Source of the DNA: a virus
Virus record (IMG/VR): IMGVR_UViG_3300032116_015700
Coordinates: 27,094 to 91,093 of that record
Direction: 5' to 3' (one strand)
Length of the DNA: 64,000 nt
Shown: positions 40,201-45,698 of the stretch, in pieces
Layout: every line of letters starts with the position of its first letter
Position numbering within the stretch: the first letter of the stretch is position 1
The notes under the pieces: model-generated
Databases searched by the model: none
What the model was told of the DNA's origin: nothing
What the model saw: the letters and a program-made list of their open reading frames with translations, nothing else
Translations under genes and position numbers: made by a program

Positions 40201-41366
40201 GCATCTAACCCTCTATTCAATACATCAACAACTACACTCCAACTTGCTCTTACTCTATCTCTAGCATCAATATTTCCACCACTACCACTAATAAAACGAG
40301 AACCACTAGCATACATACCATACAAACCAAACGAAATGTTTGAGTTGTTTAGGGTAGCATGTCCACCATTGTTTACTCTAATTGCATAATATGAGAAGTT
40401 ATTAAAGAAAGATACGAGCTGAATGAATCCTCTACCATTTACCAAACAACCAACTCCGTTTGGAGAAATTTGTGTATAGGCATCTAATACCATTGAAGCG
40501 AGTGGTGAATCAGGATTGATTACATCACCATTAACATACAATCCACCACCGCCAGGAGGAATTTCTTCATAAAGCTCCGTAAATGAATTCTCTTGGTTAG
40601 AAATTTGTGAACAGTTCTGAACGTATGGTGAAGTTGTGATAAATGCACCAGGTTGGAACGCTACAGCAAATCCTTTTTCAGGATTTATTTGGTCAGGAAA
40701 TAATCTCAATCCTCCCATAGTAACCTCTGCGATATAACAACCAGAGTTTACATAGAATAAGTCTTCAGTAGGGTTTTTAGCGTTGATTTTTGTAATACGC
40801 AAACCTGCACCCCAAATAGTTGTATTTTTAGGAAGTATAACAGGGTTATCTTCCAAATATGTACCAGCCTGAACTTTAATTACATATCCATTTTGAATAG
40901 AACCCGTATCAAAACCATAACGTCCATCGTATCCAGGTGCTGCTAATGATGCAGCTCTTTTAATTGTACGAAGTGGAAATTGAATAGTTCTACCATCATT
41001 TGTATCATCACCATCGGTAGAAGAAACATATAGTGTAGGTACGTTAGCACCAAAATCTTTTGCCAAAATACCAGAATATCTTTGTGTATCTTCTGCTAAT
41101 ATTGTGTTTGATGATGTAATTGATAAAACAGTATTAGGTGCTCCCGTTTTTAGAACACCATCAATTATCAACGAACCAGTTAAAAATACTGAACCTGTAA
41201 TCTCATTTTTTGAACCGGTATCGTTTCCCATAAAGAAACTTTTTGATACAAAAAGTGAGCCAGAAATAATCGCATCATTTCCTAAAAACAAGTTTTCCGC
41301 AACCGTTAAAGACCCGGTTATATTTTGTTGTTCTTCAATTTGTTTACGAGGTATCAGTCTAGCCAT
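28275..41366 (-). CDS. Giant virion appendage protein (4363 aa): split pectin-lyase-like beta-helix with 23 nested helical domains
   Basis: LYVSSTDGDDTNDG...LRTIKRA, VQAGTYLED and SPYVQNCS at the N-terminus; 23 C-x-RD-x-G-x-I-x-D...GGN repeats; C-terminal GGGRIFFTSGNQDGDFRIG. Confidence 0.8.
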   Translation of the reverse strand: MARLIPRKQIEEQQNITGSLTVAENLFLGNDAIISGSLFVSKSFFMGNDTGSKNEITGSVFLTGSLIIDGVLKTGAPNTVLSITSSNTILAEDTQRYSGILAKDFGANVPTLYVSSTDGDDTNDGRTIQFPLRTIKRAASLAAPGYDGRYGFDTGSIQNGYVIKVQAGTYLEDNPVILPKNTTIWGAGLRITKINAKNPTEDLFYVNSGCYIAEVTMGGLRLFPDQINPEKGFAVAFQPGAFITTSPYVQNCSQISNQENSFTELYEEIPPGGGGLYVNGDVINPDSPLASMVLDAYTQISPNGVGCLVNGRGFIQLVSFFNNFSYYAIRVNNGGHATLNNSNISFGLYGMYASGSRFISGSGGNIDARDRVRASWSVVVDVLNRGLDALPEVTTLNTAEGIRLSSPSQFPQYTTSSGVELSSTAADEISADFKLVSEIVDSGTSNYPTLLARSSNKGFSSESPYNILGATQITGSYSGSATPLSASQGDLNQISSSFGVLLGIFSNGTGSYDFKSSTSASIRRTSIIPSPASPALPNDVTASISSSFETVIDIIKNGLSVVPKLTSSLSASFYIGGLEPVQSGISSSVETINKVSASFSIIYNILSNGTGSNILPIPNNHRRNYTITNVNSSSYNWDGVGNNPTITLFRGETYKFYVSASEGQGGIDYPFFIRTQPVETIANTFDYNKGVINNGDSVGNITFTVPYDAPNTLYYTSQINNTLSGRFFIINNSETPRELIANTLTYPATISGSVASEDTDIINAFEILTGSKAFIQEEVIQYISSSWSGVDGFYYNEATCRRDVGFLIDAVAQDLLLGGNDKSITAGRFYYEYPSSAITSQKDPTKTAVKYAARLAIELIKNKTFRDIDLDAYTQKRKTAWQVINNNKSFIQNETIAFLSSSWSNFYYNEAKCKRDVGYILDAVATDTLYGGNERSIEAGEFYYLYPSLAIVEGDGDGNGQLGQTLDGIRFAAGLVNNLVAGKTFSLPTTSSQAAYSLIRSNKSLIQNEVIEFVNVAFPQLSYNQEKCRRDVGYILDNVSTDLLYGGNERSVIAGKYYYEYPSIATTTQRRETIGAIKYAKIITDYIVSNIILDTPRIVNNDERNFKVTNNTNVTSSNSGTQTQQNSISSSFAIIEGIIKRGISAVPSILAQNTGLNWGKDNPLNVTSGSQVTSSFVSPSEVNKIGSGYDIVNTIIAGGIAAEPAITYSQANAIKVTSLAQYSGSNAASGALSSSLSASISLIGTIITNGTGSIPLYTSSVAANIKVTATSLETLAIPATTAESQSISSSMKLITDVLVSGKSVIPVLTSSLSQNIKVSATEQYVSSSYSGSLEDVAFISSSISIVTKIIERGESAGVFGKQPYTAPLSSSNARAAYEIIKQNIDFIQDETIAYLSSSWSTFEYDEAKCRRDVGLIISGAAEDLIFNVNSSSVVNGQFYYEYPSQATGSQLAQTLDGINYASRLAQKLIQNIELQQFTGSRASASFLILNNKDFIADETIAYMSSSWGSFDYNETTCRRDIGYILDAIRTDIIYGGNERTRIAADYYFTYPSAATGSQLIQTTDAINYASRLAQKIVVGETFTQASLNSINASELIRRNKELIAAEVVEYVSSSWSGVYYNEAKCKRDVGYILDAVRTDLVYGGNERSIVAGDFYYRYPSAATVGGEPSVSQQLDPTITGVYYANQLVQNIIKNVSLTNPSEAVLAARKLVKDNRTFLQQNTIEYVNDTYPTLNYIQSKCFRDVGFITDNVLTDLVYGGNERAITAGRFYFLYPSQATDAQVTETTDAVRFTRDLAKLVAIGGKAIEDSFDNVAKIIESGSSAFPTLVSNTENGIKKTSEVQTITSSIVNQTDKNIVSQSFGNVINIIDKGISAIPTITSSSIKGVIRLTNNQFSSSVQPLPSDSAKVTTGFNIVLDIIANGTGSIPNLVNNASGLIKNTNYPQFISTASISNTFITGSNNSFDIVLDIVKEGTGSLPTLVKNVNALLRITNETQYSSSVAVSKSLANNITSSFNRVINILENGTGSLPTLVLNTVNNIKVTSTPQYISASSATQTEVNAISASISIVTNIISNGTGSFIANLPTSSYTSSVSSSAVLAAYGILKQNIPFIQNEVIAYLSSSWSTASYDEEKCRRDVGLIISGAAEDLIWNSNSASVVNGKFYYDYPSQAQGSQLNQTLDGVFYASRLAQKLIVNTVLSYPNSQSLVAHDILVNNKRFIQEETIAYLSSSWASHSYDQNTCKRDVGYIIDAVATDVKWGGNERTIKAGVYYYLYPSEATGSQIQETVTGIGYARDLADKLLRGNTFSKVSQNRLQARELIYNNKGFIADEVIAYVSASWSTASYNEQTCKRDVGYILDAVATDLVYGGNERSIEAGEFYYRYPSQATTSQLGPTLSGIKHAKHMVEQILNNRVFVTASLSVQTTYNLVKENKDLVQTETIGFLNSAWSFFQYDQIKCRRDVGYIIDAVATDILYGGNERSREAGEYYYLYPSLAIVEGDGNDEGQLDQTLDGIKHAKGLVEKVAKNITLLQPTNSELTAWNLLRQNKQLIQKETIAFLSSSWTNVGGFTFNELSCSRDVAYIIDNVATDLLYGGNERSSKAGEYYYLYPSAAVYTSSISPTTNAQKGPTIDGIQFAAGISQKVISSQLLTSPTEFVSSSYNLLKNNRTFIQNETIQFIDAFYPYLRYNREKCRRDVGYIVDNVATDLWYGGNQRSIIAGDYYYRYPSKATKVDQVVETVAGVEYAKSLSKKIVQNLQLSSPTLVSNTNANIRVSHITPITSSISATTVEINKVSSSFALVTEIIAGGLNVVPPLVTNSSSSIKVSNESQITSSVSASSIEVGITTASFGLIRDIIYWGSASVPDSLANNYNYGFQLSTPTLLHISSITQSLGSGTYNTQTASISSSFGNVINIINNGTGSIPTLVSNTSSSIKTTTATAISITGSGSEINRIGNLFGIVLNIVNTGTSVIPTLIPNTSASIKVTATPQIISGSSADRLQAKLISSSFSLVIDTLLNDGTSSVVYEAPAITPNTNAKINNAYNLLLDNKQMIIDETIAFMSSSWSTFVYNEASCSRDVGLIISGAAFDLLYGGNSASFVNGRFYFDYPSQATGSQLDQTVTALKFAGGMAEKVVRNTVLTHFSSSFVSSSWASLRTNKQFIVSESIAYLSSSWQGFVYSQSKCERDLGYIIDAVATDILYGGNERSIIAGRYYYDYPSEATDEQLEPTLTGVRHARGLAMNIVSGSTFVSPSANNQTAYNLIKNNKTFIQEETVAFVNAKWPELDYIESKCRRDVGYIVDAVATDLLYGGNERSNKAGEFYYLYPSLATESEQVVETTTAIDYARRLTEQIINSNLIAEPQIILNTANNIKVTGTTQYSASYSASAYEVNRVSSSFAVVTNIVEVGTGSIPSLISNTSESIKFTNANQYITASSNYGTTYEASLISASISIVTNIVAIGTASLPTPVVYTTPSTASNVYYAYNLLKENIGFIQNETIAYISSSWSTASYDETKCKRDVGLIISGAAEDMLFGVDSASIVNGKFYFESASQATDSQLNYTLDGLFYASKLAQKVLQNIEYQTASIERTTAWTLLNQNKPFIQNETIAYISSSWVTGSNSDVAFTYNEDKCKRDISHIIDAVATDVYYGGNERIRTAGLYYYLYPSAATGSQLDETLDAMRYAGQLAQKVIVNTQFFTASIYASASHALMKQNKAFIQEETIAYVSSSWVGLQYTESKCRRDVGHLIDAVSTDILYGGNERSAKAGLYYFLYPSLATGSQLESTVNAIDYAGGIAKNIIQNKVFVTASQVVSASVALLRSNREFIQEETLHYLTSSWANFNYDKAKCRRDVGYIIDGVATDLLYGGNERTVMSGEFYFKYPSKATLLGDGDGDGQLKQTNDGINYASRIAQKVIQNVEFNTASLAVSSSVYLLRENKNFIAAEAIAYVSSSWSGVKYNEASCSRDVKYLIDAATTDLLYGGQERSVIAGTYYYLFPSRATNAGVPSEQNQLDPTITGVRYAGRLASKSVTNPTYVDVWVASGSLMRTAQLLTFNKPLIQKETITFLSSSWSTLKYNEVSCSRDLGFIIDAIRTDLVYGGNERSIEAGSYYYRIPSVAIAESYTDNGEVGQKKQTVDGINFARGIAEKLVRNTQLTYLAPSTKRRQAAARLVAAKDELKQRAIGYTNGAFPYLVYNEASCSRDTGLIVDACATDLLYGGNERAIAAASSYYTGQYGSAQAVISSQKLETLETNRYLRTRAEFIAAGAPLESFGSLIVATGIDYSYNGSGVTFKALPPNQGGSGVANPAFEITELGGGRIFFTSGNQDGDFRIGTGLSINQATGTLVGRTFSKSLFSLVTPFSLALQI
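28600..40270 (-). repeat. Interleaved blocks of A (~105-120 aa, CxRD) and B (~50 aa, ISSSFxIVxxIIxNG) repeats
   Basis: Order by manual count: B5-A3-B5-A4-B6-A6-B5-A3-B2-A7. Confidence 0.85.
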
Positions 41367-41749
41367 TATACAATTTCTACTATTTTCCCTTTTATTTCAA
41401 AATCTGCTGCCTTTACCTCTTTTGGTAATCTGGTAATATCCGCAACAAACGTAACAATTATATTATTACCAACAATCTCAATTCCATAACGATTTTGAGG
41501 TTGTTTTACACCATATAAATAGATATCAATGTAATCTTTTATATTATCAACTTCTAAAATATCAATTACAAATCTTTTATTAGTAAGTGTTAATTTAAAA
41601 TATATATCATTTTCTACTTCCATCAAATCTGGTACATAGTTAAAAGTAAACGTTTCTTTGTTTACCTGAAGTACAAATTCTCTAAAGCCTAATCTATCTC
41701 TTAGCCTTTGAGTGGTATCAATATTAATATTTGGAAGTTTTCTACTCAT
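41366..41749 (-). CDS. Small beta-rich structural protein, paralog of the gp15-like C-terminal domain
   Basis: IDIYLYGV...IIVTF...FEIKGKI. Confidence 0.55.
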   Translation of the reverse strand: MSRKLPNINIDTTQRLRDRLGFREFVLQVNKETFTFNYVPDLMEVENDIYFKLTLTNKRFVIDILEVDNIKDYIDIYLYGVKQPQNRYGIEIVGNNIIVTFVADITRLPKEVKAADFEIKGKIVEIV

Positions 41750-42104
41750 TATTATAAAGTTCTAAATCACCATTTATTTTAATTTCATCTGAATCTTCTA
41801 AAGCATAAATATTTCCAAACCTATCATATTCTGGAAAATTACTTCTTTTAAATTTTATGTAAAAATATTCATTTTTATTTTCGTATATATAGTCATTATA
41901 AGAAATATATAAACCATTTATAAAAACATCAAATCTAGCATCTGGTTTTCTCAACCCTTCCAATAAAGGAAATAAAGTTTTTACTCTAACTGATTTTACT
42001 TTATAAATCCAGTATAAAGGATGTTGCAAATCGTCAGGTACCAAAATAAATTCATTTGGTTCATTTACTTCTTTCATTATATTTTTAAGTTGTCTAATAT
42101 TCAT
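41742..42104 (-). CDS. Small beta-rich structural protein, paralog of the gp15-like C-terminal domain
   Basis: FDVFINGL...FYIKF...YALEDSDEIKINGDL. Confidence 0.55.
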   Translation of the reverse strand: MNIRQLKNIMKEVNEPNEFILVPDDLQHPLYWIYKVKSVRVKTLFPLLEGLRKPDARFDVFINGLYISYNDYIYENKNEYFYIKFKRSNFPEYDRFGNIYALEDSDEIKINGDLELYNNE

Positions 42105-42105
42105 A

Positions 42106-43200
42106 TTATGCTAATTGTTCAAATTTACCTGTGATTTCTATTTCATCGTTTGCATCTAATGCAAAAGATAAGCCTGTGAATACAAAAGTAATTTCATTTG
42201 TTGCGTTATTAAATGTATAAGAATAATTTGGTACAAACACACCACTATTGTTATAGTTACCTGGTGAAATAAAATCTCCATTAATATAAACTCTAAACCA
42301 ATTTTTTGTATCAAATACTCCAATTAGTTCATTTGGTAAAATGGGTTGTCTAACATTTGTTAATTTTATTGTATTACTATTTACAAAAACAGCAGTTTGT
42401 ACACTTTTTAAACCAATAAAATCAATTACTTGTGCATATTCATTGTATAAGGAATTGTTTGTAAATGCATCTCCTGTCAAATCGGTTTCAACGCTAAATT
42501 GTACTCTTTTTGGAGTCATTTGTTTTTTTACAGTAGGTTTTTCATTATATCTTTCTGGTATTAAATAAGCATTTACTACCATAGTAAAGGTTGTACGAAT
42601 AATTCTTTCAGAACCTTGCCCCACCTCTTGTTGATTTTCAAACCCATTAATTCTTGTGACAAATCTTCTACCATCTTCTTTGCCCCAATATCTATCAGTT
42701 GCGTATTGAAATGCTTCAACTATTTTATTCATATGTTCCGTAAAAGAAGTCCATATCATTACTTCATATGTGATTGTTACATAAGCTGGAACATGAACAC
42801 TATAACTTTCATATGCTGGTCCTGCATTATTTTGTAAAGTAAATCTTTCATATCTATTTTTTTGAGTATATTTTTTAACTGCAGGAATAGTGAGTTGTTC
42901 TCTAAAATGTTGTAAGTTTGTATTTCTATCAATAGAGTTTCTTTTAAACATTACTAAAGGTATTTGTATTCTACCTCTTTGGTCTCTTAAATATCCATCT
43001 TTTCTTGCGTTGTTCCATCTCTCTGCATTTCCATAAATTAAAGGTACTTTAAGTGTGTTACCATTTTCATCTAAATCAGGTATAATTACAGATGACATAT
43101 AATCGGCAATAGTAGAGTCAACATCAATTAGAGAAACTCCTTTGATATATTTTTTTTCTATTGGTAATTGTTTTGCTCTATTTTTTTCTTTATTATCCAT
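42106..43200 (-). CDS. Tail terminator / sheath stabiliser (T4 gp15-like) with a C-terminal extension
   Basis: KVPLIYGNAERW, IPLVMFKRNSI, ITYEVMIWT...MNKIVE; follows gp13- and gp14-like genes. Confidence 0.7.
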   Translation of the reverse strand: MDNKEKNRAKQLPIEKKYIKGVSLIDVDSTIADYMSSVIIPDLDENGNTLKVPLIYGNAERWNNARKDGYLRDQRGRIQIPLVMFKRNSIDRNTNLQHFREQLTIPAVKKYTQKNRYERFTLQNNAGPAYESYSVHVPAYVTITYEVMIWTSFTEHMNKIVEAFQYATDRYWGKEDGRRFVTRINGFENQQEVGQGSERIIRTTFTMVVNAYLIPERYNEKPTVKKQMTPKRVQFSVETDLTGDAFTNNSLYNEYAQVIDFIGLKSVQTAVFVNSNTIKLTNVRQPILPNELIGVFDTKNWFRVYINGDFISPGNYNNSGVFVPNYSYTFNNATNEITFVFTGLSFALDANDEIEITGKFEQLA

Positions 43201-43661
43201 TATATTGTTCTCATTTCAGTTTGTATTGCGCTTCTTCTAGTCATAAACGTAGAACAAACAATTGAAAATCTTTCATCTTCACCAACTCTACCACCAACTA
43301 ATTGGTCTTCTCTAACATTATCAATTTCAAAATACCCGTCATTATGGTAAATAATATCACCAATTTCAGGATAAAAATCTTTTTCTTTTAAAGTAAATCT
43401 ATTAAAGCGAAATTCAACATTTTGAGAAACATCAGAACCAAATCCTTCATAATTTGATGTAGTATCTTCTCTTTGAATTATAGCACTACATTCAACACCT
43501 TGATAAAATGTTTTATTCAAAGATTCTCCATATAAATTGGTTGTACTGTTTTCTATAATTAATTTATATAAAACTACAGTAGTTTCTACTACTGCATCAA
43601 CTAATTCTCTAGATATACCTTCAAAAAATTTTATATCTCTTGTTAGTGCAAAACGTGCCAT
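43200..43661 (-). CDS. Neck / head closure protein (T4 gp14-like)
   Basis: NLYGES, YEGFG and PEIGDIIY...YFEI motifs; position. Confidence 0.7.
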   Translation of the reverse strand: MARFALTRDIKFFEGISRELVDAVVETTVVLYKLIIENSTTNLYGESLNKTFYQGVECSAIIQREDTTSNYEGFGSDVSQNVEFRFNRFTLKEKDFYPEIGDIIYHNDGYFEIDNVREDQLVGGRVGEDERFSIVCSTFMTRRSAIQTEMRTI

Positions 43662-43665
43662 AATA

Positions 43666-44832
43666 TTAACCTATATAAATTGGAAGAGGAACTTTTCGTA
43701 ACATTTCTTGATGAGCCGTAGCTTCAGTATTTCTATTTTCAAATTGCTTTGTTCTCTCTAATTCTGCTAAAGTTTCTCTCAATTGTGTCATTAAGTTTTC
43801 TTTTTCCGTTGTTGCTTCTGCTCTCAACGCGGCTCCATCCAAACTAATTTCGGAACCAGGAATTGGAATTTGAGAATATTTTTCTCTCACAGCACCCAAT
43901 AGTTCTTTTACTAAAGCCAATGTATATTTTCTAATCCATTGTTTACCCACATCATTAATACCATTGTATTCCATAAAATCATATGGAATATCCGAATAAT
44001 CCGAAATAACATTTGATGTTATTGATGTTGAATTTTCAGTAAAATCATCTTTTACAAAATAATCAAAATATAATCTTCCGTATAAATTTACCTGTTGAGA
44101 GGTTGGTTTTGGAAATACTCTTATTTTACCATTTACAATATTGAAAGTAAATGCCGATTTTCTGAATTGGTCATTAAATTCAATTGCCTGAATTCTTAAC
44201 ATATCTTCAAATATTGGCATCAATATAAATTGTGCCGCTGGAGAATATGAACCAAATCCAAATTCGTCAATAAGGTTTAATGTACCCTGTCCACTTACTG
44301 AATATGGGTCAAAGAATCTATTGATTGCAGGTACTGGTTCGTGGAATACTTTTACAATTTCTATTCGTTTTCCACTTTCAGAAACAGCTGACCATAATGT
44401 ATCCAAATCATATTCTTGTTTACCAGGAACCAATTCAACATATCCTTTTTTGATATCGGTATTTCCACCAACACCAACTAATGTACCATATGCATCAGAA
44501 ATTGAAATAAGTGTTGGAAGGTTTGAACCTTGTACTAATTTACTTGTAAGTGAATTTGCTTTTGATTTACCACGTAATGTATCTAAATTATTACGAATAT
44601 TAAATTGATTTACCTGTGCGCCATATTCGGAAATTGATTCCTCAAAGCATGCATAGAAATTTTCATCTATTAATTCTATATTTTGGATAGGATATCCCAA
44701 TCTTCTAGCACACCAAAGTGCCACTTTTGGAGCATCTTCTTGGAATTCATAATCAGTATCATAAATTCCAAAAGGTGTCTGACCTGGGAAAAACGATGAA
44801 GAACCAGGATATACGAGTGTTTCTAATGCCAT
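43666..44832 (-). CDS. Neck / head-tail adaptor (T4 gp13-like)
   Basis: RRLGYPIQNIEL, WIRKYTLALVKELLG-x-VREKY, IPG-x-EISLDG, C-terminal P-x-x-IYIG. Confidence 0.8.
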   Translation of the reverse strand: MALETLVYPGSSSFFPGQTPFGIYDTDYEFQEDAPKVALWCARRLGYPIQNIELIDENFYACFEESISEYGAQVNQFNIRNNLDTLRGKSKANSLTSKLVQGSNLPTLISISDAYGTLVGVGGNTDIKKGYVELVPGKQEYDLDTLWSAVSESGKRIEIVKVFHEPVPAINRFFDPYSVSGQGTLNLIDEFGFGSYSPAAQFILMPIFEDMLRIQAIEFNDQFRKSAFTFNIVNGKIRVFPKPTSQQVNLYGRLYFDYFVKDDFTENSTSITSNVISDYSDIPYDFMEYNGINDVGKQWIRKYTLALVKELLGAVREKYSQIPIPGSEISLDGAALRAEATTEKENLMTQLRETLAELERTKQFENRNTEATAHQEMLRKVPLPIYIG

Positions 44833-44857
44833 TATAAGTACTTATTTTAACGTTACC

Positions 44858-44865
44858 TATAAATA
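44858..44865 (-). promoter_or_regulatory. Putative late-promoter motif (sense TATTTATA)
   Basis: About 26 nt upstream of ATG 44832. Confidence 0.55.
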
Positions 44866-44894
44866 TTAGAAAAGGGAAGTTTAGTTATTTGGGA

Positions 44895-45200
44895 TTAATT
44901 ATCCAATTGTTTCCATTGTCCACCATCCCATCCATAGAAATGAGAATCGGTTGTATTAAAGTAAAGTGCTCCAGAGTTTGGTGAAGATGGAGCAGATACA
45001 TGGTTTGGTAAAATAATACTAGCGCTTACGTTTAAAGAACCACTTATTGTTTGATTACCAATAAATGTATTTGAACCAGTTGTTGCAAAAGATGCAGATT
45101 CAATTGAGAATCCAGACGTGCCAGATGTCCCACTTTTACCAGAAACTCCTGCAGTTGATATAGTTACCTGTGTAAGATTATTTGTTACTGTTACTGACAT
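44895..45200 (-). CDS. Mini fibre / head decoration protein
   Basis: Short GVSGKSGTSGTSG tract, TTGSNTFIGNQTISGSL, and PSSP-x-SGALYFNT...WDGGQW. Confidence 0.55.
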   Translation of the reverse strand: MSVTVTNNLTQVTISTAGVSGKSGTSGTSGFSIESASFATTGSNTFIGNQTISGSLNVSASIILPNHVSAPSSPNSGALYFNTTDSHFYGWDGGQWKQLDN

Positions 45201-45201
45201 A

Positions 45202-45582
45202 TTATCTAGTTACGTTTTTAGATAGTTTTACTTTTCCTTCTAATAATCTTGTAACTTCATTTCCTTTACACATTTCCAAATCATAATAAGCTTCACCAAA
45301 ATTTAGTACTGATGAAGATACAGCGGATATATAAATTGCTAATGAACCACTAGCCAAAGGTGTAATACCATTTGAACCACTTAAATTAATACCAGTACCA
45401 TCTGCTTTAAGTGAAGATGATAATGAAAGAAATACATCAGAAGATTCCACACCTGGTCTAATTTGCATTCTACTATGATAACCAGTTAGGTCTATTGCAG
45501 AACCACTTACATCCGTCCAATTTATTTGAATATTTGTAGTTGCTCCTTGCTCAATTACAAAAGAATATTTACCAGCTGCCAT
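45202..45582 (-). CDS. Ig-like virion adaptor (BppU-N/LtfC-like)
   Basis: IEQGAT...IDLTGY-x-x-RMQIR...YYDLE...RLLEGKV...VTR; promoter motif at 45603-45610. Confidence 0.6.
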   Translation of the reverse strand: MAAGKYSFVIEQGATTNIQINWTDVSGSAIDLTGYHSRMQIRPGVESSDVFLSLSSSLKADGTGINLSGSNGITPLASGSLAIYISAVSSSVLNFGEAYYDLEMCKGNEVTRLLEGKVKLSKNVTR

Positions 45583-45636
45583 ATATTTAAAGAGTTTACC
45601 ATTATAAATATAAAATTTAAAGAAACGGATAAAAAT

Positions 45637-45667
45637 AAAAAAGGGAGTGATTTCTCACCCCCTTTTT
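45637..45667 (-). terminator. Intrinsic terminator after the major capsid gene
   Basis: GC-rich stem gggagtga/tcaccccc flanked by A and T runs. Confidence 0.75.
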
Positions 45668-45698
45668 ATTATTGAACTATTACGTTAGATTCCAATTA

